DNA of 64,000 nt from an uncultured Sulfurimonas sp. (GTDB lineage: Bacteria > Campylobacterota > Campylobacteria > Campylobacterales > Sulfurimonadaceae). The stretch covers positions 8,020-72,019 of the forward strand of contig CAZFGS010000001.1 in NCBI GenBank assembly GCA_964518545.1, written 5' to 3'. The notes beneath the pieces were generated by a model. That model did not search any database, was not told where the DNA came from, and was given only the letters and a program-made list of their open reading frames with translations. Shown in pieces: positions 38,865-48,721 of this stretch; position 1 is the first letter of the stretch, and every line of letters starts with the position of its first letter. The translations under genes were made by a program, and so were the position numbers.

Positions 38865-39410
38865 ATGGCAAAAAAAGTCTTATTGCTTCATGGTTGGGGA
38901 GGGAGTGACTTTCCCCATTGGCAAAGCTGGCTTGCAGGCGAGATTGCGAAAGATTATGGGGAGGTATGTTTTTTAAAATTTAAGGATTTTGACACCCCAA
39001 AACTCTCTGCTTGGAAACAACAACTTCAAGAGAAACTAGAAAGTTTCAAACCGGATATTGTTATATGCCATTCACTTGCAAACACTTTGTGGATGCATCT
39101 TTGTCATACAGAATCACTTCAAGAAGTTGAGTACCTTTACCTTGTAGCACCACCAAGTCTCACTTGCAGTATTGAAGAGCTTCAAGAGTTTTTTCCTCTC
39201 ACTCCCCCTTCTCATCTTTATGCACAAAAAACACTGCTTGTCTGCTCAGACAACGATCCCTATATGACACTAGAAGAGGCTTATACTTTAGAAAAACAAT
39301 TAGGTACAAAAATGATATGTATAAAAAATGGTGGACATATAAATGCACAGAGCAACTACGGAGAGTGGCCTTGGATACTCCAAGAGATAAAGAGTAAAAT
39401 CAACTCTTAG
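38865..39410 (+). CDS. RBBP9/YdeN family alpha/beta hydrolase
   Basis: LHGWGGS..HWQ.WL, HSL, SDNDPY and GHIN motifs. Confidence 0.85.
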   Translation: MAKKVLLLHGWGGSDFPHWQSWLAGEIAKDYGEVCFLKFKDFDTPKLSAWKQQLQEKLESFKPDIVICHSLANTLWMHLCHTESLQEVEYLYLVAPPSLTCSIEELQEFFPLTPPSHLYAQKTLLVCSDNDPYMTLEEAYTLEKQLGTKMICIKNGGHINAQSNYGEWPWILQEIKSKINS

Positions 39411-39625
39411 GCATACAAGTCTAGGCGTTGATTTGTTGTCACAGCAGGGCTTACATCTTGTGTTTGTGAAGCCTTAAAACTCTGTGCTTTTTGAAGTGTT
39501 TCGTTAGTATTTTCAAGTGTTTGAGTATCACTCCCTTGAGAGTTTTTTGTTGCACTTGGATCAGGTCTTCCAATCTGCACTTGACTTGAGTAAGGTGATT
39601 GGTATATATAGCGTTGTACTGTCAT
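39407..39625 (-). CDS. Small hypothetical protein ending LDLYA
   Basis: AAGGAG RBS upstream; 72 aa. Confidence 0.7.
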   Translation of the reverse strand: MTVQRYIYQSPYSSQVQIGRPDPSATKNSQGSDTQTLENTNETLQKAQSFKASQTQDVSPAVTTNQRLDLYA

Positions 39626-39822
39626 AATATTCTCCTTCTCGTTTGAAAAAAAATCTAACTTTGATACTAAGCATAAGATTCAACACATTAGAATCTATCG
39701 CCATAACCTTCTTTTAATATCCAATAATTATACCACAAATTGAGATAAAAATGTCTAAGAGACTTCATCTCGAACCATTACCTGATATAATGTCACAATA
39801 TTTTCTATCTAAAAAGAGTACC

Positions 39823-41658
39823 ATGATTCAACTACAAAATATTAACAAAAACTTCACCTCTCAAGAGATTTTTAAAGATCTCAATTTTAAACTCAATGCC
39901 TCTAATCGTGTAGGTTTGGTGGGGAGAAACGGAAGTGGAAAATCAACTCTTTTTAAGATGATACTAGGGGAAGAGTCTCCCGATAGTGGTGAGATAATCA
40001 TCCCAAAAAATTATAAAATCGGTACACTGAAACAACATCTTACATTTAGCAAGAACACCCTCAAAGAAGAAGCTGCACTTGCTCTGAGCGAAGAGATGCA
40101 ATACGATCTCTACAGAGTTGAGAAGATCCTTTTTGGACTTGGATTTACTCAAGAAGATTTAGAAAAAGACCCCCTCTCTTTTTCTGGAGGCTATCAGATA
40201 CGCATCAATCTTGCTAAACTTCTTGTAACAGAGCCAAATCTACTCCTACTCGATGAACCTACAAACTACCTTGATATTGTCTCCCTTCGTTGGTTAAAAA
40301 ACTTTCTTCGTAGTTTTGATGGAGAGATTATACTCATCACCCATAACCGTGATTTTATGGACAGTGTTTGTACTCATACCATGGGGATAGTTCGTAAAAA
40401 TGTAGAGATACTTCAAGGTGATACCCACAAATTTTATGCGCAACTTCATCAAAACGATGAGCTTTACCAAAAACAAAAAATTGCCCAAGATAAAAAGGTG
40501 AAAGAGCTCGAAGAGTTTATAGCTAAAAACAAGGCACGAGCTTCAACAGCAGCCTTAGCCCAATCAAAGGTAAAACAGCTAGAGAAGATGCAATTACTCG
40601 ATGATTTAAGTTTTGACAACACCCTTGCATTTGATTTTAATTTTAAAGAATCTCCTGCAAAAGTTATGCTTGAAGTGGAGAACCTTAGCTTTGGTTACAC
40701 CCCAGACAAACTTCTTTTTAAAGATATAAATTTTCATATAAAACGCGGTGAGTGCATAGGGATCATAGGGAAAAATGGAAAAGGAAAATCTACCCTTCTC
40801 AATGTTTTAGCTCGTGAATTGAAACCTCTGAGTGGTGATATATCTTCCCACCCATCTGTAAGTTTTGCACACTTTGGACAAACAAATATAGACCGACTCC
40901 ACAAAGATGCCATCCTCACAGATGAGATACACTCAGCTAATCCTAAACTCTCCACTCAGAGCATACGAAGTATCGCCGGAGCGATGATGTTTAGTGGAGA
41001 GAGTGCCGATAAAAAGATCTCCCTTCTCTCTGGAGGGGAGAAATCTCGTGTTATGCTGGGACAAATTTTAGCCCAAGAGGTTAATCTTTTATTCCTCGAT
41101 GAGCCTACCAATCACCTCGATATGGAGAGTATCGAAGCTCTTACCGAAGCTATCATTAACTTTAATGGAGCGACCATTATTGTTACCCACTCTGAAGAGT
41201 TACTTCGTCGTGTTTGTGATCGTCTTATCATCTTTGCTAAAGAGGGTGCTGAGTATTTTGATGGTGGTTATGATGAGTTTTTAGAAAAAATTGGTTGGGA
41301 AGATGAGGGGGAGGAGCAAAAAACTCAAAAGTCTGCTCCAAAATCTTCAACAAAAGAAAATAAAAAACTTCGTGCCGAATTAGTAAGACAACGCAACAAA
41401 GAGGCATCACCCCTTAAGAAAAAAGTGGAAAAACTCGAGGAGAAGATAATGAAGACAGAAGAGTTAGTCTCTGAACTTCATACAGAGCTTATAGATCTTT
41501 CAAATAATGGAGACAGTGCTTCACTTATGGAGGTTTCCAAAAAAGTTGCAGAGGAAGAAAATAAGGTGGAGCTCCTTTTTGAAGAGTTTGAAGAGGCGCA
41601 AATGCAACTCGATGAGATACTTGAGAGATATAACACACAGATAGAGGAGTTAGCATGA
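39823..41658 (+). CDS. ABC-F family ATP-binding protein
   Basis: Two NBDs (GRNGSGKS, GKNGKGKS, two DEPTN), no TM, C-terminal coiled coil. Start placed at ATG 39823. Confidence 0.92.
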   Translation: MIQLQNINKNFTSQEIFKDLNFKLNASNRVGLVGRNGSGKSTLFKMILGEESPDSGEIIIPKNYKIGTLKQHLTFSKNTLKEEAALALSEEMQYDLYRVEKILFGLGFTQEDLEKDPLSFSGGYQIRINLAKLLVTEPNLLLLDEPTNYLDIVSLRWLKNFLRSFDGEIILITHNRDFMDSVCTHTMGIVRKNVEILQGDTHKFYAQLHQNDELYQKQKIAQDKKVKELEEFIAKNKARASTAALAQSKVKQLEKMQLLDDLSFDNTLAFDFNFKESPAKVMLEVENLSFGYTPDKLLFKDINFHIKRGECIGIIGKNGKGKSTLLNVLARELKPLSGDISSHPSVSFAHFGQTNIDRLHKDAILTDEIHSANPKLSTQSIRSIAGAMMFSGESADKKISLLSGGEKSRVMLGQILAQEVNLLFLDEPTNHLDMESIEALTEAIINFNGATIIVTHSEELLRRVCDRLIIFAKEGAEYFDGGYDEFLEKIGWEDEGEEQKTQKSAPKSSTKENKKLRAELVRQRNKEASPLKKKVEKLEEKIMKTEELVSELHTELIDLSNNGDSASLMEVSKKVAEEENKVELLFEEFEEAQMQLDEILERYNTQIEELA

Positions 41659-42200
41659 ATTTAGAACTTTACTTTTTACGCTCGAGTGAACAAAAGATAG
41701 TCAACGACATGCTTTATTATGCCCAAAAACTAGATGAGAGCGATAAAACCATAGAAGATATACCTCAACTTGAAATCTACCATAATTTTTATGGTTTAAC
41801 ACGAAAGGATCTAGGTCTTTATGCAATGAAAGATGCTCAAGTATGTGGTGCTGTCTGGTGTAGAAAACTCAATATTGAGCATAATTCCAATGGCTTTGTA
41901 GATGAAGATACTCCTGTGATGCTAATCGCTGTAAAACCTGAGTTTAGGAACCAAGGAGTAGCTACTTTTATGATGGAGCAATTCTTACAAGAGGTAGCAA
42001 GCCAACATAACAACCTTAGTATTTGTGTGAGCCATGAAAATAAAAAATTTTTTGAAAAATTTGGATTTGAAGAGCTAGAAGATCTACAAAGAGAGTCTTA
42101 TATTGATAAAACTCCTTGTATTGTAATGACTAAAGCATTGGAGATAAAAGAGGTTGTCCGTCCAAGTGATGGGTATGACCCTTCAAAATGGCTAGATTAA
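41655..42200 (+). CDS. GNAT family N-acetyltransferase
   Basis: AVKPEFRNQGVA and FFEKFGF motifs. Confidence 0.8.
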   Translation: MNLELYFLRSSEQKIVNDMLYYAQKLDESDKTIEDIPQLEIYHNFYGLTRKDLGLYAMKDAQVCGAVWCRKLNIEHNSNGFVDEDTPVMLIAVKPEFRNQGVATFMMEQFLQEVASQHNNLSICVSHENKKFFEKFGFEELEDLQRESYIDKTPCIVMTKALEIKEVVRPSDGYDPSKWLD

Positions 42201-42209
42201 GATACTAGC

Positions 42210-43565
42210 CTACAAAACCCATACACTAAATTTTTTCTTTTTGATCTGACCATATTTGAGTTTTTTCTCTGCAATATCAATGAACTTACTTTGTATCGCT
42301 ACATAAGCTTGTCTGTCATAGATATCTATCTTCCCTATTGCATCACCACTTAGATCTTGTGTAGCAGTGAGAGCTCCCAAGATATCTCCTGCTCTGAGTT
42401 TATCTTTTTTACCACCCTCTATAACTAAGGTGATAAACTCAGGCTTCATCTCAAAACCCTCATGGGCAACTAAACTTTGAGCATCTAAGAACTCTCTTGA
42501 AGCACCCTTATACTCATCTGCTTTCTCAATCTCCCATGCCTCATACAAGCTTATAGCGATCCCTTTTGCTCCTGCTCGTCCTGTTCTTCCTATGCGATGT
42601 GTATATGTCTCTACTCCATGAGGAAGATCGTAGTTAACAACCATACTGAGCTCTTTTATATCAAGTCCTCGAGCAGCCACATCTGTCGCTATAAGAACTG
42701 GGCATGATTTGTTTGCAAACTGGACTAAAACATCATTGCGTTCATACTGCTCCAAATCTCCATGGATTGCAAGGGCATCTATCTTATTTTTTTGAAGGGT
42801 CTCCGCCAACTCTTTGGCTGCAATTTTTGTGTTGGTAAAGACTATCACATTTTGAGGTTTATAAGTTGCAAAAAGCTTGATAAGAGTCTCTGCCTTGTCA
42901 CTACACTCATAAAACATCTCCTTTATCTCGTTGGCTACTTCATCTTGTGAGGCCTTGACTGTGATAGCATCATCTTGAAACTTCTTACTGATCTCTAAAA
43001 CCTCATCATCATATGTTGCAGAAAAAAGAAGTGTTTGTCGCTCTTTGGGTGCAAAAGAGAGTACAGACTCTATCTCTTCTATAAAACCCATATCTAGCAT
43101 CCTATCTGCCTCATCTAGAACAAGAGTCTGAAGATTTTCTAAACTTAGACTCTCTTTGTTAAGGTGTTTTAAAACGCGGCCGGGAGTTCCTACAATGATA
43201 TGAGCTTGATGGGAGAGTGAGCCAAGTTGTTTTCCAAAGCTCTCTCCTCCACAAAGGATTAAAATCTTGATATTGTGTTTAAAACGTGCAAGACGACGAA
43301 GTTCTTTGGCTACTTGGTCTGCTAACTCACGAGTGGGACAAAGCACAAGAGATTGCACACGAAACTTTTTTACATCCAGTGCTTCAAGGAGTCCTATACC
43401 AAAGGCAGCAGTCTTTCCACTCCCTGTTTTTGCTTGAGCTATAAGATCTTTTTTTTGAAGTATGTGGGGAAGAGACTGAGCTTGTATAGGTGTTGTCTCA
43501 TTATACTCTAAGGCATCAAGATTTTGGAGCATCTCATCAGAGAGGGGAAGTGTAGAAAATTTCAT
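42210..43565 (-). CDS. dbpA: ATP-dependent DEAD-box RNA helicase DbpA
   Basis: DEADRM, SAT and HRIGRTGRAG motifs; DbpA RNA-binding tail GGKKDKLRAGDILGAL. Confidence 0.92.
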   Translation of the reverse strand: MKFSTLPLSDEMLQNLDALEYNETTPIQAQSLPHILQKKDLIAQAKTGSGKTAAFGIGLLEALDVKKFRVQSLVLCPTRELADQVAKELRRLARFKHNIKILILCGGESFGKQLGSLSHQAHIIVGTPGRVLKHLNKESLSLENLQTLVLDEADRMLDMGFIEEIESVLSFAPKERQTLLFSATYDDEVLEISKKFQDDAITVKASQDEVANEIKEMFYECSDKAETLIKLFATYKPQNVIVFTNTKIAAKELAETLQKNKIDALAIHGDLEQYERNDVLVQFANKSCPVLIATDVAARGLDIKELSMVVNYDLPHGVETYTHRIGRTGRAGAKGIAISLYEAWEIEKADEYKGASREFLDAQSLVAHEGFEMKPEFITLVIEGGKKDKLRAGDILGALTATQDLSGDAIGKIDIYDRQAYVAIQSKFIDIAEKKLKYGQIKKKKFSVWVL

Positions 43566-43606
43566 AGTTATATCTTTTTTTGAAATTATACCATTATCTA
43601 CCTATT

Positions 43607-44842
43607 TTACTTATTTTCGAACTTATGAACCTCTTTCATACTCTCTAATACTATGGCATTAATAGCACCCGGTTTAAGATTGTATCTTTGTTCAAATTTT
43701 ACAACTGCAGAAGTATTGAAATTTTCTACATATCTGACTAAGCGATAAATGTTTCCCAGAGCTCCTTTTTCTTCTAAAAGAGCTTCTTTTACCTTATCTG
43801 AGACATTAATAGTTTCTAAAATACTCTCTAGGCTTACTCCAAACACATTATCCATTAAAGATAAAACACCCACAAGATAAGCTTCACCAAGAGCATTACT
43901 TCTTACATTTGGTTTTAAAAGCTTAAGGACCCTTTCCATCATCTCTGTTCTATTTTTTACCATTAGCATTAAAGGTGATTGTTCAGACGATTTTGAAACA
44001 GATTTTGAATAGATCATAAGCATAAGCCATTGGGCTATGGACACACGACCAACAAGTGTCAAAACATGATGAATAGAAGAGATTCTTTGTCTAAAGTGAA
44101 AAGCTCCAGAGTTTATAAACTGTAAAAGTTGTACTGTGATCTCAGGATTATTTTCAAACTCATTGGTTATCTCATCTATGTTTACATCTTGCATCAAAAG
44201 ATTGTAAAGCTTTAAGATCTGCATCTGTTGTGGTTCAAACTTTTCATTTTCCAAAATCTGTGGTTGAGAGAAAAAATAGCCCTGATACCAATCGCAACCA
44301 TATTCACGGGCATGTTTATATGTTTTAGCATCCTCAATTTTTGTCGCTATGATGGTGATACCATGCTTCTTAAACCCTTCGCATATCCCTTTTTCTCCAG
44401 CTACATCATATACATTGAAATTTATCTTCACATAATCAATACAAGGAAGAATCTGCTCATACTTTAAAAGAGTGTTTTCATCCAAGGCAATATCATTTAT
44501 AGAAAGCTTATACCCCTTGTCATGAAGTTGCTCTATACGTTCTACCACTTTCTCACTCATCTCAATCGTAGAAAAGAAAGAAAATACAAAAAACTCTTTA
44601 GGGATACTAAAGATAAGATCATGCATCAAAAACTTTTCATCAATCTTAACAAATGCCCGTCTATCACCAAGTAATGTTTTGGTACCAAACTTATTTAATA
44701 CACTGTTGATAACTGCGGCACTTACATGTCTGTCATCACTGATACTTGCACTCTTTTGTGAGTCTCTATAAAGAATCTCATAAGCACAAAGTTCTGAGTT
44801 TTGGTCTAAAATAGGCTGACGCCCAATATATACATGATCCAA
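43607..44842 (-). CDS. EAL and HDOD domain protein (probably degenerate EAL)
   Basis: GRQPI, YEILYR and QGYFFS motifs plus an HDOD region; DDFG loop absent. Confidence 0.85.
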   Translation of the reverse strand: MDHVYIGRQPILDQNSELCAYEILYRDSQKSASISDDRHVSAAVINSVLNKFGTKTLLGDRRAFVKIDEKFLMHDLIFSIPKEFFVFSFFSTIEMSEKVVERIEQLHDKGYKLSINDIALDENTLLKYEQILPCIDYVKINFNVYDVAGEKGICEGFKKHGITIIATKIEDAKTYKHAREYGCDWYQGYFFSQPQILENEKFEPQQMQILKLYNLLMQDVNIDEITNEFENNPEITVQLLQFINSGAFHFRQRISSIHHVLTLVGRVSIAQWLMLMIYSKSVSKSSEQSPLMLMVKNRTEMMERVLKLLKPNVRSNALGEAYLVGVLSLMDNVFGVSLESILETINVSDKVKEALLEEKGALGNIYRLVRYVENFNTSAVVKFEQRYNLKPGAINAIVLESMKEVHKFENK

Positions 44843-44882
44843 AATAACTCCTTAGATTATATCTCGTCATTATATAACAATT

Positions 44883-45671
44883 TTAATTTTTTAGTGATAC
44901 TTTTCTTTGAAACTGATACATTATAAGCGATGCAGCCACTCCAACATTAAAACTTTTGACATTCTCTTGCATCTCTATAGTAACGATCTCATCACAAAGC
45001 TCCAAGATATCTTCTGCAATACCTCGCCCCTCATGTCCCATCAAAAGTGCCCATTTTTCTGCAACATCAACCTCTGCCAAAAAAGAGCTCTCTTGGCTCA
45101 CCTCAGCAGCATATACCTTATAACCAAGCTCTTGTAAGGCTGGAATAAGAAGCTTTATATCATCAAAAACATGTATTTGCAGATAAGAAGCATAGCCCAT
45201 TGAAACGCGAAGGGAGCGCCTGTTAAAAGGGTGAGGTGAACTTTTTGGTAGCAAGTAATTCTTCACTCCCAAAGCAGCTGCACTTCTTGAGATAGAGCCT
45301 ACATTTTCACTTGAGGTGATGTTATCAAGGATGATAAGCTCATTCCCTAGCTCCTCTAAGGGAGTTAAAGGGGGACGGATACCATGCATCATACAGTTGT
45401 GGTGTATCTTATGTCCTACAATCTTCCCCATCTCCTCTTTTGTTGTCACATAACACAGAGGTATCTTTTTTTTCTCTACAAGAGTTAAATACTCATCATA
45501 GTACTCTTGTGTCGCCAAGATACTTCGTATCTCCAAGTCACTCTCTAAAAGTAAGTTTACCACTTTTGGACTATCGGCAATGAAACTATTATCACTACGA
45601 AAAGCATTCTCTCTGAGTTCTTTGTATATCTTCATATCATCATTATTTATATCATCTATCTTTATAAGCAT
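44883..45671 (-). CDS. TrmH/SpoU family RNA methyltransferase
   Basis: NVGSISRSA, RVSMG, GHEGRG and SFNV motifs. Confidence 0.88.
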   Translation of the reverse strand: MLIKIDDINNDDMKIYKELRENAFRSDNSFIADSPKVVNLLLESDLEIRSILATQEYYDEYLTLVEKKKIPLCYVTTKEEMGKIVGHKIHHNCMMHGIRPPLTPLEELGNELIILDNITSSENVGSISRSAAALGVKNYLLPKSSPHPFNRRSLRVSMGYASYLQIHVFDDIKLLIPALQELGYKVYAAEVSQESSFLAEVDVAEKWALLMGHEGRGIAEDILELCDEIVTIEMQENVKSFNVGVAASLIMYQFQRKVSLKN

Positions 45672-45710
45672 TATGTATTTTACGCTAAAATAGCTAAAGA
45701 AAGGGAATTT

Positions 45711-46364
45711 ATGAAGATACTTTTAATGGAAGATGATGCTGTTTTATCCGATATATTGCTCGATTTTTTACAAGAGAGTTTTCATGTGGATTATGCTTAC
45801 AACTCCAAAGAGGTTCATCAACACCTAGAAAAAAAGAAGTATGACCTTTTTATCTTTGACATCAATGTTACAGGGCAAAATGGTCTTGAACTACTAGAGG
45901 AACTTCGCTCTTTTAGTGATAAGACACCAACTATATTTATCACCGCCTATACCGATACCAACTATCTCCAAAAAGCTTTTGATATAGGAGCACATGACTA
46001 CATCAAAAAACCTTTTGAACTTGAGGAGCTTCATGCTCGCATACTAAACACAAAGCGACTTTTCAACATTGAGACCAATCAAGAGATAGCTATAGATAAA
46101 GGGATAATTTTTTATGCAAACTCTAAAAAAATCATCAAAGGAAAAGAGGAGATTACCCTTGCAACCAAAGACACTCTTCTTCTAAACTACTTTTTAAATA
46201 ACCAAAAAAGACTTATCTCTTCAGAGGAGTTGATGCAAAATATCTGGGATTTCGAGACACTTCCAAGTGATGCGACACTTCGTTCACACATCAGAACACT
46301 TCGTGAAATCATAGGCAAAGAGAAGATTCAAACTATCCGTGGTGAGGGGTATCTTTATGAATAA
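45711..46364 (+). CDS. OmpR-family response regulator (paralog of 21809-22456)
   Basis: LMEDD, DINV, KPF and TIRGEGY motifs. Confidence 0.9.
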   Translation: MKILLMEDDAVLSDILLDFLQESFHVDYAYNSKEVHQHLEKKKYDLFIFDINVTGQNGLELLEELRSFSDKTPTIFITAYTDTNYLQKAFDIGAHDYIKKPFELEELHARILNTKRLFNIETNQEIAIDKGIIFYANSKKIIKGKEEITLATKDTLLLNYFLNNQKRLISSEELMQNIWDFETLPSDATLRSHIRTLREIIGKEKIQTIRGEGYLYE

Positions 46365-47508
46365 AATTACCAAAAAATCTTTTTATTCATTTTTAGCACT
46401 CTATCTTATTTCCTCTTTCTTATTTTTAGCACTTGCTGCTTACTGGTTCTTTAACTCCCAGGTGAGTATGGAGATGAACAACAACTACTATAAGATGACC
46501 AATATAGCAGACAAGGTAAGCTCACAAATCATTCAAGCTGATATGATGCATAAAGAGTACAAACTTGAGCATTTCCCTTATGCCTCAGTTGCTCTTTATG
46601 ACAAAGAAAAAAAACTTTTAGATGGTGATATACAACAAGAGGTAGATTTCTCTAAAGATTTCTATATGCAAGGGAGTTTTTTCACCCTTATCTCTCGTCA
46701 TGCTACTGGGCACCTTGGAGTTGAATATGTTGTAGTTCAAAGTTCTCAATGTAGTCGCAATATTATGAATCTTAAAAACAAGATAGCATACACTGTCATC
46801 TTTACCGCTTTTTTCATCATTGTAATCTCTGTTTTTTTATCTTATATGTTTCTCAGACCTATTCGTGATAAGATGCAGGAGATTGAGGAATTTGTTAAAG
46901 ATACAACCCATGAGCTCAACACACCTATAACAGCTTTAATGATGAGTACCTCTAGGATAAAATCTAAAAAAATCTATGATGAAAAAATTGTAAAAAACAT
47001 CAGTATCAGTACCAAACAACTTTACGATATCTACTCCTCTTTAAGTTACATTAGCTTTGATACAAAACAAGAGAATGCTGTGGAACTTGATTTTAGTACG
47101 ACAGTTGCTGAGGCGATAGCTTACTTTGGTGAACTCTTAGAGAAAAAAAACATTCAACTTAAAACACAGCTACAACCTTGCTTTGTCACCATCACTCCTA
47201 TCAAAGCAAAAATGCTTGCTAACAATCTCCTCTCAAATGCCATTAAGTACTCAAATCCTCACAGTACCATTAGCATCGCAACAAACCACAATAGTTTCAT
47301 AGTGGCAGATAAAGGGATAGGGATAGCCAAAGAGAAACTCAAAATAATTTTCAAACGCTTTGTACGTGCAAACTCTTATGCTGGTGGATTTGGTGTGGGG
47401 TTAAACATAGTAGAAAGCATTATCAAAGAGTACGGTTTTCATATACAAATCGATTCCATTGAGGGTGAAGGAACACAAGTAGAGATTACTTTTTTACCAT
47501 CAAGATAA
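46357..47508 (+). CDS. Sensor histidine kinase (paralog of 20701-21816)
   Basis: HELNTPITAL, NAIKYS and GGFGVGL motifs. Start placed at ATG 46357. Confidence 0.88.
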   Translation: MNKITKKSFYSFLALYLISSFLFLALAAYWFFNSQVSMEMNNNYYKMTNIADKVSSQIIQADMMHKEYKLEHFPYASVALYDKEKKLLDGDIQQEVDFSKDFYMQGSFFTLISRHATGHLGVEYVVVQSSQCSRNIMNLKNKIAYTVIFTAFFIIVISVFLSYMFLRPIRDKMQEIEEFVKDTTHELNTPITALMMSTSRIKSKKIYDEKIVKNISISTKQLYDIYSSLSYISFDTKQENAVELDFSTTVAEAIAYFGELLEKKNIQLKTQLQPCFVTITPIKAKMLANNLLSNAIKYSNPHSTISIATNHNSFIVADKGIGIAKEKLKIIFKRFVRANSYAGGFGVGLNIVESIIKEYGFHIQIDSIEGEGTQVEITFLPSR

Positions 47509-47538
47509 ATATAAGACAGAGGAAGTTGTTCAACTTTT

Positions 47539-47574
47539 CTACACTTATAGAATTATCTGATTCTATAAGTGTAG
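47539..47574. terminator. Perfect 15-bp inverted repeat between convergent genes, probable bidirectional terminator
   Basis: CTACACTTATAGAAT-TATCTG-ATTCTATAAGTGTAG. Confidence 0.6.
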
Positions 47575-47606
47575 TAGATTTAGGTGAGGGCAATGTTAAA
47601 AAAGTT

Positions 47607-48671
47607 TTAAAATATAGAAGTGATCACCTTAGTAACAACAAAACCACCAACAACAAGCCATACAAACATACTTCCTGCTGTATAAAGAGGTGCTAAACCA
47701 AGCCCTTTAAATTTTGCAAAAATTGTTCCCATACCAAGAGCTGTCATCGCCATTGTAAGCAAGAATGTATCAATTTCATTGATAGTAGCCACAATATCAT
47801 GAGGTACTAAGTCAAGTGAGTTAAACCCAGCCATACCAACAAAATAAACTGCAAACCAAGGGATTGTAAGAGTAAGACCATCACCTGTTCCACCAGCTTT
47901 TTTTGCTTGCATTGAAAGATAAAGTCCAAGAACAATAAGCATAGGTGCAATCATAATAACACGAGTCATTTTTACAATAACAGCTGAATTTGCCATAGCT
48001 TCAGGAGCTCCAACAACTGAAGCAGGAACTGCAACAACTTGAGCAACCTCATGAATAGTTCCACCTACATAGATACCAAACTGTTCAGGTGTCATATGTA
48101 AAAAACCTGTTGCTGGCTCTATAACAGAAGCATAAAGAACTGGATATAAGAACATAGAGATCGTACCAAAAAGAACAACCATACTTACCGCAACCGCTGT
48201 TTTATGCCCCTCTGCTTTAAGTACCGGTTCTGTTGCAAGCACTGCTGCTGCACCACAAACTGATGCACCAGAAGCTGTAAGCATTGAAGTATCTTTATCC
48301 ATCTTAAAAATCTTGATACCCAGGTATGTTCCTAAGATAAATGTAGTAGAGAGCATAATGAGTGAAACCATAAATCCACTCATACCCACTTCCATAATTT
48401 GCTGGAATGTAATACGAAAACCATAAAATACAATTGCAAAACGAAGTATCTTTTTCCCCGAAAAAGTGATACCTGTTCCCCACTCACTTGGGATATGTTG
48501 ATGCAAAGTATTTGCATAAAATATCCCCATAACAATACCAATAACAAGAGGAGAGATCCCTAATGCTTTAACAGGGGCTAAACCTGCAATCATAGTTGCA
48601 GCAGCAGCGAAAATTGCTACAAATATAATACCAGAGATAGTCCCTTGTCTATTTACTTTTGAAAATGCCAT
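47607..48671 (-). CDS. YeiH/UPF0324 family membrane protein (putative sulfate exporter)
   Basis: GASVCGAAAV, HEVAQVVA, KMTRV and LLTMAMTALG motifs. Confidence 0.88.
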   Translation of the reverse strand: MAFSKVNRQGTISGIIFVAIFAAAATMIAGLAPVKALGISPLVIGIVMGIFYANTLHQHIPSEWGTGITFSGKKILRFAIVFYGFRITFQQIMEVGMSGFMVSLIMLSTTFILGTYLGIKIFKMDKDTSMLTASGASVCGAAAVLATEPVLKAEGHKTAVAVSMVVLFGTISMFLYPVLYASVIEPATGFLHMTPEQFGIYVGGTIHEVAQVVAVPASVVGAPEAMANSAVIVKMTRVIMIAPMLIVLGLYLSMQAKKAGGTGDGLTLTIPWFAVYFVGMAGFNSLDLVPHDIVATINEIDTFLLTMAMTALGMGTIFAKFKGLGLAPLYTAGSMFVWLVVGGFVVTKVITSIF

Positions 48672-48721
48672 AAAATGCCTTTAATTTAAAATTGAAATTA
48701 AGCGCGAATTATAGCGAAAAA

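Noticed and set aside
44864-44874. TCGTCATTATA upstream of the EAL/HDOD gene, identical to 54519-54529
   Set aside because: It is a single half-site, and much of the match is simply the TATAAT box; too weak to claim shared regulation.
47539-47580. Resemblance of TTCTATAAGTGTAG to a Cas12a repeat end
   Set aside because: Single inverted repeat, no repeat-spacer array and no cas genes.
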